39,094 bases of DNA from an uncultured Candidatus Saccharibacteria bacterium (GTDB lineage: Bacteria; Patescibacteriota; Minisyncoccia; Phycocordibacterales; UBA5272), in assembly GCA_964654175.1 (NCBI GenBank), contig CAZZGJ010000002.1:1-39094 (forward strand). Direction: 5' to 3'. The position numbers and the translations under genes were made by a program. This document shows, piece by piece, positions 7,546 to 16,177 of this stretch. The notes under the pieces were generated by a model, which was not told the DNA's origin, did no database searches, and saw only the letters and a program-made list of their open reading frames with translations. How positions within the stretch are numbered: position 1 is the first letter of the stretch; every line of letters starts with the position of its first letter.

Positions 7546-9106
7546 TGATGAAGAAACATATTACTCAATCCTGCAGTGGATAGTCTCTGAGGGGATTGTA
7601 AATGAGAAAGGGGAACGGTTCGACTTCAAGGACCGTCCCTTCCTTATTGATATTCTCACTGATTTTAATCCAGACATTGTTGTAACTGCATGTGCGCAGG
7701 TAGGAAAAAGCGTTACTTTCTCAGTAAAGACGCTTTTTGCGTTAAAATACCTGCATTTCAACATCATTTACACCTTTCCTACTGATGATGACGTCCGTGA
7801 GTTCGTAGCTTCCAAGTTCAATAAGATTTTGCAGGCTAACAGACACCAGTTTCTAGGGATGGATACTGACAGCATTGAGCGAAAAGAAGTAAAAAACCGC
7901 TTTTTGTTCTTCAAAGGTACTATTTCTAAGACTGCTGCTATCTCTACCACGGCTGATCTTCTGGTTCACGATGAGCTATCACGCTCAGACCAAAACACCA
8001 TCAGTACGTACAAGTCACGAACAAAGGCAAGTCGATACAAAGGGCGCTGGTTATTCTCAAACCCTGGCTCAGAACGAGATGAATTGGACCTTGCATGGAT
8101 TAAATCAGACCAAAAAGAGTGGGTTATTCAGTGTGAACACTGCCAACACCGTCAATTCCTCACATTTCCTGAATCTCTAGATTTAGAAGCTAAATGCTAC
8201 GTGTGTAAGGAGTGTAAACAGCCAATTGCAGACGAAACTAGGCGTAATGGAACATGGGAAGCACAGAACGGTAAAAGTAAGATTAGTGGATACCACATTT
8301 CCCACTTGATGTGTCCCTGGATTAGCGCTGAGGAAGTAATTGAAGACAGTGAAGGAGATCCAGAATACTTCCACAACTTTGTGCTAGGACTAGCATACAG
8401 TCCTGGAGACTTATCTGTAACCAAAACCACGATTCTGGACCTTTGGACACCAAAAGAACTCACTACAGGGCATATATTCTTGGGTGTAGACGTAGGAAAC
8501 ATTAAACACTACGTGGTGCGCTCAGAAAAGGGTATTTTGAAGATGGGGCGCTTTACCAAATGGGATGAATTAGATGACATTATTGCTTTCTGGAAGCCAA
8601 CAGCAGGCGTAATTGACGCTATGCCAGACAACACAGCAGCTAAACACTATTGTGAAAAGTACCCGTGGATGCGCATGTCGTTCTTTCAAGAGAACAACAA
8701 CAATCCTCAGACAATTGTGTGGTGGGGTGAAGGAGACAAAAACAACATTGTGTACTCACACCGTGACAGAATCCTGGACCGCATGCTTACAGACATGATT
8801 GAAGCAAAATGGTTGATTGGAGTACAGCCTGACAAGGATTTCCAACTGTTTATTAAGCACTTTGAGACACTCAGACGCACAAAAGTGACCAATAATAAGG
8901 GTATTGAGCGCTATGTATGGGATTCTACTACTGGAGAGGACCACTTAGTATTTGCTTGTCTCTATGCCTACCTTGCCATGTTGAGTGGTGGCTCAGGAGT
9001 GTTCTTTAGTGACGCAGAGTCATCTGAGAAACCATTACTGATTGACGCAGACAATGTGTTCATATCGCAAGCCTTTCAAGAAGCCAACGAAGGATATAAT
9101 CAATAA
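7538..9106 (+). CDS. terL: terminase large subunit
   Basis: Walker A CAQVGKS, Walker B LLVHDE, a Zn-ribbon (CEHCQH...CYVCKECKQ) as in GpA-type terminases, and a C-terminal nuclease-like region. Sits just upstream of the portal gene. Confidence 0.88.
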   Translation: MSNDEETYYSILQWIVSEGIVNEKGERFDFKDRPFLIDILTDFNPDIVVTACAQVGKSVTFSVKTLFALKYLHFNIIYTFPTDDDVREFVASKFNKILQANRHQFLGMDTDSIERKEVKNRFLFFKGTISKTAAISTTADLLVHDELSRSDQNTISTYKSRTKASRYKGRWLFSNPGSERDELDLAWIKSDQKEWVIQCEHCQHRQFLTFPESLDLEAKCYVCKECKQPIADETRRNGTWEAQNGKSKISGYHISHLMCPWISAEEVIEDSEGDPEYFHNFVLGLAYSPGDLSVTKTTILDLWTPKELTTGHIFLGVDVGNIKHYVVRSEKGILKMGRFTKWDELDDIIAFWKPTAGVIDAMPDNTAAKHYCEKYPWMRMSFFQENNNNPQTIVWWGEGDKNNIVYSHRDRILDRMLTDMIEAKWLIGVQPDKDFQLFIKHFETLRRTKVTNNKGIERYVWDSTTGEDHLVFACLYAYLAMLSGGSGVFFSDAESSEKPLLIDADNVFISQAFQEANEGYNQ

Positions 9107-9108
9107 TT

Positions 9109-9315
9109 ATGAGTGAACAAATAGCAATCTATGTCCCTGATGAAGAAGCACGTAAATTCTTGCAGTTTCAAGAACACTACGATGAGTTTTGTCTGTTACT
9201 AGAGAGTGGAGTCTTTGATGTCCGTAACGGAAGTGTGACATTGCACATGGATAAGCAAGGCGCAATAAAAGCTATCAACAGGTCCGATGTCCTTTATTCC
9301 GCACGACATGAGTAA
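9109..9315 (+). CDS. hypothetical protein (68 aa)
   Basis: Track ORF starting 2 nt after the terminase stop. Confidence 0.65.
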   Translation: MSEQIAIYVPDEEARKFLQFQEHYDEFCLLLESGVFDVRNGSVTLHMDKQGAIKAINRSDVLYSARHE

Positions 9316-9329
9316 AAGTGATGTATAAT
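9316..9329 (+). promoter_or_regulatory. promoter-like motif AAGTGATGTATAAT
   Basis: Perfect TATAAT (9324..9329) preceded by AAGTGAT, the prefix shared with the motifs at 3260 and 30987. Confidence 0.35.
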
Positions 9330-9363
9330 ATATAGGACAGTCCCGACAAACCCTTTAACATAA

Positions 9364-9399
9364 GGCGGATGATCTCGAAAGAGATTGTTCGCCGTTTTT
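9364..9399 (+). terminator. rho-independent terminator-like hairpin
   Basis: GGCGGAUGAUCUC-GAAA-GAGAUUGUUCGCC forms a 13-bp stem counting G-U pairs, followed by GUUUUUG. It ends 5 nt before the portal ATG. Confidence 0.5.
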
Positions 9400-9404
9400 G
9401 ATAC

Positions 9405-11306
9405 ATGAAAATAGACATTACAACTCTGAACGATACTCAAAAACACCAACTGGTAACGAACAGATGGGAGTCTTCTAAAACACCATGGGAAATTGTTGAC
9501 CGTGTGTACAAAGCAAACACTGCTATTTACGAAAACAGAGCAGCTTGGATTGATAGCTTACCACACCAGCGTAAGAAGTCAGTCGTACAAGCTAACCGCA
9601 TCTTCACTAACATGGAAGCGGTTATCAACTCGCTCATTGCGCAACAGCCTGGACTCAATATCCTTCCTGCTCGTGAAGGAGAAGAAGCGCAAGATTTTGC
9701 ACGTAAGCTAGAGAGCTTCATGCAGAAGAAGTTTCTTGATTTGAACACTAAAGAAGTAGCTCGTAAGGGTCTAAGAAACCTTTATTTTGGGCGCTTAATT
9801 GTGATTAAAGCGTTCTGGAATCCTGCTATAGATGACTTTGATTATCGTGCAGTAGATCCTCGTAAGGTGCGCTTTGGTAAGTACGCAAGTAAGGAACAAG
9901 ATAGTGAATTTGCGATTGAAGAAATTGATGACAACCTATGCGCAGTTATCGAACGTTTCCCTACTAAAAAAGATGAACTAATGAAAAAGTACGGCATCAC
10001 TGATGATGCTGATCTTTACGTTAAAAATCCTGACATCACTTACAAAGAATCATGGATTCAAAATTACGTTTTGTTCACTTGTGGTGAGATTGTTCTCGGT
10101 TGTATCAAAAATCCATATTGGGATTGGGACGGTGTGCTAGTGACAGAAGAAGAAGAAATGGAACTAAACAAAACTGAAAAGGAAGGTGCGCTTACAACTG
10201 AGCAGCGCCGTGAAAAGTTACAGGCTATCAAGTTGGACCAAGACAATAGAAAGGCTGCCATGCAACCTGCAGAAATGCCTGAAAGTGAAAATAAAGAAGA
10301 TAGAGAAGACGGGGAAGCTGAGGAAGGTAGTGAAGAATACGAGACTGAGGAAATAAATGAGGAACCAAAGTACAAGGCGTACTACTTCAACTACTTTGAT
10401 GAACCACGAAAGCCGTACATCTTTGCAACTATCTTCAACAACGAAAACTCTCCAATTGGACGTACTGACATGATTACACTTTCTGCTTCATTGCAGCAAG
10501 GTATTGATAAGCGAAAGATGGATATTGATGAAAACTGTGAGCTTGCTAACGGAATCATTAAAGTTGATGCCGAAGTAATGGGTAAAGCTGATGCACAACG
10601 CATTAGATTTGAGACTCGTGGCGTTATTTGGGGTAAGGGTGTAGTCGCAGGTGTTCAACGTGAAACAGGCGGTTCACTACCTCAGATGGTATTTGATGAC
10701 ATGATCGATTCTCGGTCTGAAATTGACAATATCATGGCTGCTACATCTGCATTTCGTGGTGAACGTCAAGGACAAGAGACAAAAGCAGGGCGTCTAGCGC
10801 TCATTCAGCAGTCATTCCTACGCTTAAACGAGCTTGTGCAGGTCGTAGACTACGTGTACTACGAGATGTTCTCATGGGCAATGCAGCTCTCAAAGACTCG
10901 ATATACTGAATATCACTACGCTAAATGGATGGGCAAAGAAGGCGCTCGTGAAATGATTGAAATTATCCAAGATGACTTTGAAAATGGCTCAGAGATTAAG
11001 GTAATTGCAGGTAAGACTCTACCAGTAGATGATGAATTCAAGTTTGAACAGGCTCAAAATGACGTTGCAGCAGGGTACATTTCACCAATTGACTACCTAG
11101 AAATTGCTAAATACGACAATGCTCGTGAATTGTCTCAGAACGCTGTCCTTTACCAGCAAAACCCAATGGCTGCAGTAGGACTCGCAGAAGACAAAATGCC
11201 AGTGCCGTTTACTCCAGGACAACTTACTCCAGGACAAGTTTCTGCATCAGAGCCTGGAGCAGAAGTAATACCGCCTGAAATAACGCCACCAACTAACGTT
11301 GCATAA
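9405..11306 (+). CDS. portal protein (633 aa)
   Basis: Size and position (after terminase, before scaffold and capsid). Has an acidic insertion (EDREDGEAEEGSEEYETEE). No family motif verified. Confidence 0.7.
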   Translation: MKIDITTLNDTQKHQLVTNRWESSKTPWEIVDRVYKANTAIYENRAAWIDSLPHQRKKSVVQANRIFTNMEAVINSLIAQQPGLNILPAREGEEAQDFARKLESFMQKKFLDLNTKEVARKGLRNLYFGRLIVIKAFWNPAIDDFDYRAVDPRKVRFGKYASKEQDSEFAIEEIDDNLCAVIERFPTKKDELMKKYGITDDADLYVKNPDITYKESWIQNYVLFTCGEIVLGCIKNPYWDWDGVLVTEEEEMELNKTEKEGALTTEQRREKLQAIKLDQDNRKAAMQPAEMPESENKEDREDGEAEEGSEEYETEEINEEPKYKAYYFNYFDEPRKPYIFATIFNNENSPIGRTDMITLSASLQQGIDKRKMDIDENCELANGIIKVDAEVMGKADAQRIRFETRGVIWGKGVVAGVQRETGGSLPQMVFDDMIDSRSEIDNIMAATSAFRGERQGQETKAGRLALIQQSFLRLNELVQVVDYVYYEMFSWAMQLSKTRYTEYHYAKWMGKEGAREMIEIIQDDFENGSEIKVIAGKTLPVDDEFKFEQAQNDVAAGYISPIDYLEIAKYDNARELSQNAVLYQQNPMAAVGLAEDKMPVPFTPGQLTPGQVSASEPGAEVIPPEITPPTNVA

Positions 11307-11310
11307 GCTT

Positions 11311-11634
11311 ATGTACACAGTCACCATTACAGAAAAAAAGATACTAGAACAGCACGAATATATCTTGCTTACTGTGGTGTTTACGAGTGATCAGCCAATT
11401 GTGTCAGTAGTCGATAAAAACAAAGAGGTAAAGCTCAATAAGAACGGAAAGCCTAAAAAAGTAAAAGCCAAAAAAGACAAATTCCCGACTAAAACCGTTT
11501 ACTTTAAATTCAAAATCGATACTCCATTTGAAGAAATGAAAGCAGAGATCAAGAAGCGTAAAGATGCTATTGAAGCAGCCGAAGCCGACACCATACCACT
11601 TAATGAAGAATTGGTATTTGACGAAATAAAATAA
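11311..11634 (+). CDS. Lys-rich hypothetical protein (107 aa)
   Basis: Track ORF 11299..11634 starts on TTG. Trimmed to the ATG at 11311 (MYTVTITEKK...). Confidence 0.6.
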   Translation: MYTVTITEKKILEQHEYILLTVVFTSDQPIVSVVDKNKEVKLNKNGKPKKVKAKKDKFPTKTVYFKFKIDTPFEEMKAEIKKRKDAIEAAEADTIPLNEELVFDEIK

Positions 11635-11740
11635 ACCACGACCTGAGAAGTCGTTAAACTCATTCATTATCAACATAATACGACCAAGCAATGCGTTTCA
11701 GTCGAAAGACCAAGTTACGTAGGGGCAGTCTTAGAAAATT

Positions 11741-12448
11741 ATGAACGAGCCGATTCCATCAGAATCAATTGAGATTCCTCACAGTGAAGAAGAACAGACT
11801 CCACAAGAGCCTGCAGCGACACCAAGTGAAGAAACTCCTCAACCAGCAGAAACACCAGAAGTTCCACCTACACCTACTCCAGAAGAAGAACTCTTTGAGC
11901 TTCCAGACGGACGTAAGGTAGACGGACAAACTCTTGCAAGAGAGTGGAAAGAGAACTTCTTACCTGATTACACTCGCAAGTCACAAGCACTTGCAGCTAA
12001 GGATCAGCCTTTACCAAACGAGACACCAAAAAATGTCTACGAAGATCCCGATTACGTTCCTACATCTTATGCGGAAATAATCGAAGCAGCCAAAAAAGCT
12101 GCATTGGATGAGTTGGCAGCGAAAGAAACTGAGCGTATCGAAATGCAAACCGCAGCCGAAAACGCAGTAATCGAACAGTTGGAAGCAGTCAAAGCGATTG
12201 ATCCAAATGTAGATGAAAACAAACTTTTCCTTCACGCTAACAAATACGGATTTAGGGACCTATCAACCGCTTACCAGAACATGAAGGATATGAACCTCTT
12301 GGTGAAAACAGTGCAAAAGCAAACCACTGAAAACATCCAAAAGCGCCAAGATCCAGTCTCAGTTCAACCAGGCGGAAACGTAGGGACACCTCCAAATCCA
12401 TCTAACTTTGGATCAGCAGTAGAATTCATGCGAAGTCTCAAAACTTAA
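11741..12448 (+). CDS. scaffolding protein candidate (235 aa)
   Basis: P/E/T-rich N-terminus and a helical acidic body. Lies immediately upstream of the capsid gene. Confidence 0.55.
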   Translation: MNEPIPSESIEIPHSEEEQTPQEPAATPSEETPQPAETPEVPPTPTPEEELFELPDGRKVDGQTLAREWKENFLPDYTRKSQALAAKDQPLPNETPKNVYEDPDYVPTSYAEIIEAAKKAALDELAAKETERIEMQTAAENAVIEQLEAVKAIDPNVDENKLFLHANKYGFRDLSTAYQNMKDMNLLVKTVQKQTTENIQKRQDPVSVQPGGNVGTPPNPSNFGSAVEFMRSLKT

Positions 12449-12460
12449 AAATAAATTATT

Positions 12461-13519
12461 ATGATCTTTAACGCAGCCGTCACAACTACCACTCGTGAGT
12501 TCATTCTCCCGAAGGTATATGACCAAGTAACAACTGGAACTCCAGGTCTTATGACTTTTCTTCAAAAGCCAAAGGAATGGAAGTCTGGAACAACATTTGA
12601 GTTTCCTATCAAGTACCAGGACACCACCAACGGTGGAAACATGGGTATTGCTGATAAGCTTGACTCAGACCGCCAGAATGTACGTGTAAAAGCGTCATTC
12701 AACCTTAAAGCAGCAAACAAGCCTGTAGTTGTGGCTATTGCTGAAACTACCGCCAACATGGGCGATGAGCAAATAGTAGACTTGCTTGAAACTGAGTTTG
12801 ATTCACAAGCACAGTCACTCATGACTCTGATGGCACAAAACCTGTACACAGGTAACGGTAGTGGTAATGAATGGGATTCACTTCTCAATGCAGCCTCTAA
12901 CTCAACATTGTTTGCGACATACGGTGCGCTTTCACGTTCAACTTACACATCATGGAGTGGGTACTACCTTGCTTCAACAGGTGCGTTGACACTTGCAAAG
13001 CTTGCTACAGCAGACGATGCTGTGACCATTGGTGTAGATTCACCAGACCTTGCTCTTACAACTAAGGCTATCTGGTCAACTTACGAGTCTCTCCTTACTC
13101 CATCAGTACGTGCTAACTTCTCAACAAGTGGCTACCCACGTATGAATGCCTTTGGTGGCGTTCCTGCTGGTCCCACACTTGGTGCTGGACAAGGATTTGT
13201 GTACCTCACATTCCGTGGAACACCTATTGCAAAGGACGAACAAGTACCATCAGGTAAGTACCACCTTGTAAACACAAAGAACTTTGGTTTCGTAGGTTTC
13301 AACTACCAAGATGAATCTATCGTTACTGCAAACTTCAAGGGAACTTCTGACGCTGTACCGTCAGGTGTACCTGGAAACGTAAAGTCAACTCGTGGCTTCC
13401 AGTTCCGAAAGATGATGAATCCAGTAGATCAGCTTACTAAAGTAGGTTACTTGATTTACGCTGGTAACTTTGTGGCTACAAACTGTCGCCTCAACGGTAC
13501 TCTCGCAGGAGCATCTTAA
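12461..13519 (+). CDS. major capsid protein candidate (352 aa)
   Basis: Called from position after portal and scaffold, and from size. Followed by a 92-nt gap. Confidence 0.65.
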   Translation: MIFNAAVTTTTREFILPKVYDQVTTGTPGLMTFLQKPKEWKSGTTFEFPIKYQDTTNGGNMGIADKLDSDRQNVRVKASFNLKAANKPVVVAIAETTANMGDEQIVDLLETEFDSQAQSLMTLMAQNLYTGNGSGNEWDSLLNAASNSTLFATYGALSRSTYTSWSGYYLASTGALTLAKLATADDAVTIGVDSPDLALTTKAIWSTYESLLTPSVRANFSTSGYPRMNAFGGVPAGPTLGAGQGFVYLTFRGTPIAKDEQVPSGKYHLVNTKNFGFVGFNYQDESIVTANFKGTSDAVPSGVPGNVKSTRGFQFRKMMNPVDQLTKVGYLIYAGNFVATNCRLNGTLAGAS

Positions 13520-13611
13520 TAGCGTGGTTAGCCTACCCTAAAAGGGCAAATTACTAAGAATTGCTAATTCAAATAGCGGAGGGCTAAGAACCCAAAGCTG
13601 AAAACTAAATT

Positions 13612-14310
13612 ATGAACCCGATTTCATTCCAAAGCGTTTACCAAACCACTACCGCAGCAGGTCAGTTCAAACTCGGTCAACGAGCAATGACACCTGATGG
13701 TCGTGAGTGGCAATACGTAAAAGCTCAGTCAACACTTGCAAACAGTCTCGTAGCAGTACCAGACGCAGTTGCAAGCTCAGACCTTTACTCATCTTCAACT
13801 GACTCACAAGGTCGTATTGTGTACCTCACCCGTGCAGCTAATGCGCTTACTGTTGGTCAGTACGAAGACGGAGTTGGAGTCGTGGATGATGGTACTGGCG
13901 TAGGACAGGTCTTCAAGATCAAGACTAACGATGCTACCACTTTCACTCTCTACCCTGAAACTGCACTTACTACAGCATTGTCTGTAGCAGATTCAGACCT
14001 TACTTACATCAGTATGAGTTACGTAGACCCTGCTGCTATCACTTCTAAGAAGCAGATGGCACAAGGTATTGCGCAAACTGCATTTGCTGCAAACGACTAC
14101 GGTTGGTTGCTTACAAATGGTACTGGTCGTGTAATTGCTGGTGCTGCTCTCGGAGTAGCTGCAGGATTCACAACAGGAGACGATACTGCAGGACAAGTAA
14201 TTGTCGCAGTAACTGCAGAAGGTCCATTCAACGCTCAAAACCTCGGTTACGCCATTGTAGCTAACGCTGCAGCAGACCAAGGTGCGCTTGTAATGGCTAT
14301 CGTTCGATAG
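13612..14310 (+). CDS. virion structural protein (decoration or second capsid protein candidate, 232 aa)
   Basis: A/G/T/V-rich beta-type composition. Flanked by the two largest intergenic gaps of the structural module and followed by stacked hairpins. Confidence 0.5.
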   Translation: MNPISFQSVYQTTTAAGQFKLGQRAMTPDGREWQYVKAQSTLANSLVAVPDAVASSDLYSSSTDSQGRIVYLTRAANALTVGQYEDGVGVVDDGTGVGQVFKIKTNDATTFTLYPETALTTALSVADSDLTYISMSYVDPAAITSKKQMAQGIAQTAFAANDYGWLLTNGTGRVIAGAALGVAAGFTTGDDTAGQVIVAVTAEGPFNAQNLGYAIVANAAADQGALVMAIVR

Positions 14311-14376
14311 TGTATCGCTAGGATTCTTTAGTGCTGTGGTAAGACGCTAAAGAACCTAGTGCGGTACGTTACCGCA
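14305..14376 (+). terminator. three consecutive stem-loops (terminator or RNA-stabiliser candidate)
   Basis: CGATA-gtg-TATCG (14305..14317). CTAGGATTCTTTAG/CTAAAGAACCTAG (14318..14359, one bulge). TGCGGTA-cgt-TACCGCA (14360..14376). No T-tract follows. Confidence 0.4.
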
Positions 14377-14419
14377 AGGGGAATGACAAAGCCTCTATTA
14401 CTAGAATAATTTGAAAATC

Positions 14420-15025
14420 ATGTCAAAAGACAATGTTTCAAATCAAAATGACTACAGAGTCGTCACGTTTACAAACAAGACTGACTTTGCATTCACACCT
14501 GAATTGGGCTGCATGTACGATAGCCGTCCCATCTTTGGAAAGTCAGGTGCATCAGTTGAACCTGGTGAAAGTGTCGTACTGCCCTACCATGTAGGAAACC
14601 TATTAGCAGAAAATCTCGCCAAGGCTGCCTTGAATAAGAATGCAGCAGTAGATGTGGCAGGAATACCAACAGGTGTTCCATTGTGGGATGAAGGTTCGCT
14701 TCAAAAAGCGAAAGATTCATACCTCACTGAGATGTACGCAGAAGTTAAACCTACTGAGATGTCTGAAACAGACAAACTCATGGCTAAGGTAGAAGAATAT
14801 GCAGCAATGGTAGAGAAACTACTTCCTGGAGCTGCAACTGACAATGCGCCAGAAAAAACTCCAGAAAATACTCCACCAGCGCCACCTGCAGGTAATCCAG
14901 ACCCTGCTAACACACCTGTAGAGTACAAAGACAAAGCGGATGTGATCGCAGAACTCCAAAAGCGTCAAATTCCTTTTGATGCCCGAAAGAGCAAAGCTGA
15001 TCTTGAAAAACTACTCGTCAACTAA
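14420..15025 (+). CDS. structural-module protein with C-terminal HeH/SAP-like motif (201 aa)
   Basis: Track ORF 14411..15025 (TTG start) trimmed to the ATG at 14420. The C-terminus KADVIAELQKRQIPFDARKSKADLEKLL resembles a helix-extended-helix motif. Confidence 0.6.
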   Translation: MSKDNVSNQNDYRVVTFTNKTDFAFTPELGCMYDSRPIFGKSGASVEPGESVVLPYHVGNLLAENLAKAALNKNAAVDVAGIPTGVPLWDEGSLQKAKDSYLTEMYAEVKPTEMSETDKLMAKVEEYAAMVEKLLPGAATDNAPEKTPENTPPAPPAGNPDPANTPVEYKDKADVIAELQKRQIPFDARKSKADLEKLLVN

Positions 15026-15086
15026 GGCGAAAGCCTACACGCAAAGACGAGTATGAGTGTGCAAGCCACTCGGTAGGCTAAAGACT

Positions 15087-15611
15087 ATGGAAATACAAGT
15101 CATTGAAAAAGAAAAAATGGAAGCTCTCACGGCGCTGGCAAACGCTAACGTTGAGGTCAGTAAGGTGCGAGAAACCATTGCAAATCTTAAAAAAGAAGAA
15201 GGCGAATACATTGCAGAGCGAGAAAAGAAAACGCTTGCGCAAATAGACGCTATCCTGACTGAAAGTGCTGCAGTTCTAAAAGATGCCTTTGCAAATTATG
15301 AAGAAATCCATGATTTTGCCAAAGCTGCTACTCAATTAGCAGTATTTCTAGGAGAAGCGTTCAAAGAATTTAGCGAATTAAGAGCTACATTTGATGAATA
15401 TACCCAAGCATGGGAAAAAAACCTTAAAAAACAACAGCAAACTCTCCAAGAGACTAAAAATCTTATAAAAATTGACCGTATTCAGGTTGAAAAAGACCGC
15501 GAAGCGGTTAGAAAAGAAGAAAAAAGATTAGGAAATGAGCGCAGAAAGATTAGAGATGATCGAGAAACGCTTAAACGAGCAATTAATCGCTTAAAAGAAG
15601 GGCAAATTTAA
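15087..15611 (+). CDS. coiled-coil protein (174 aa)
   Basis: Track ORF 15057..15611 (GTG start) trimmed to the ATG at 15087. Charged heptads throughout. Confidence 0.6.
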   Translation: MEIQVIEKEKMEALTALANANVEVSKVRETIANLKKEEGEYIAEREKKTLAQIDAILTESAAVLKDAFANYEEIHDFAKAATQLAVFLGEAFKEFSELRATFDEYTQAWEKNLKKQQQTLQETKNLIKIDRIQVEKDREAVRKEEKRLGNERRKIRDDRETLKRAINRLKEGQI

Positions 15612-15612
15612 C

Positions 15613-15894
15613 ATGAATGAATATTTCTACAATCCAGAAGCGCCTACGCTAGAGGAGACATACGATGCAACAGTATCAGCGTCCACTGCTATTACTTTTG
15701 CTACAGGGACAACATACATTGAGGTATCAGCAATAGATAAAGGCATCTTTATGAAATGGGGAGCGACTGCATCTTCTGCTGATTTTGATGAGTTTATTCC
15801 AGCAAATACTTCAAAGAAGTTTCCAATACTAGCAGCATCTGCTCAATTTATTGAGGAATCAGCTACTGCTAAATTAGTTGTAATAGAAAAATAA
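15613..15894 (+). CDS. hypothetical structural-module protein (93 aa)
   Basis: Track ORF starting 1 nt after the previous stop. Confidence 0.65.
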   Translation: MNEYFYNPEAPTLEETYDATVSASTAITFATGTTYIEVSAIDKGIFMKWGATASSADFDEFIPANTSKKFPILAASAQFIEESATAKLVVIEK

Positions 15895-15895
15895 C

Positions 15896-16165
15896 ATGAC
15901 TGATGCAATTAGAGACAATAATCATGTACCTGTATGGCTCGGTGTTTTATGCACTGACGGCGTAACTCTTGTCCCAATTGCAATTGATTCAGCATCAGGA
16001 TATTTCAAAACTGATTCTTCAAGCACAATTTCCTTTACGCCAAACCAGGTAGCAATACGAGATCAAAATTATAAGAATGTACTTATGGGAGTAGACTCTA
16101 CTGATAACACAAAGTTATGCCCAATTTACGTCAATGCAAGTGGCGCAGTTTTAGTAGGTAGTTAG
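15896..16165 (+). CDS. fibre-N-terminus-like protein (89 aa)
   Basis: Contains two copies of the AIRDxN..V..GV...D...L.P motif that also opens the 562-aa fibre gene. Confidence 0.65.
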   Translation: MTDAIRDNNHVPVWLGVLCTDGVTLVPIAIDSASGYFKTDSSSTISFTPNQVAIRDQNYKNVLMGVDSTDNTKLCPIYVNASGAVLVGS

Positions 16166-16177
16166 TAAAATAATAGT

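Noticed and set aside
13520-13611. tRNA, CRISPR or other RNA genes in the larger intergenic gaps (3203..3340, 11635..11740, 13520..13611, 14311..14419, 35270..35447).
   Set aside because: I could fold no cloverleaf-compatible arms with conserved T-loop/D-loop features, and no repeat-spacer periodicity is present. This was done by eye only; tRNAscan-SE or Infernal should confirm.
14362-14374. 12-mer GGTACGTTACCG(C) shared between 14362 and ~29136.
   Set aside because: Single 12-mer coincidences are expected many times by chance in 39 kb on two strands, and the context is not shared.
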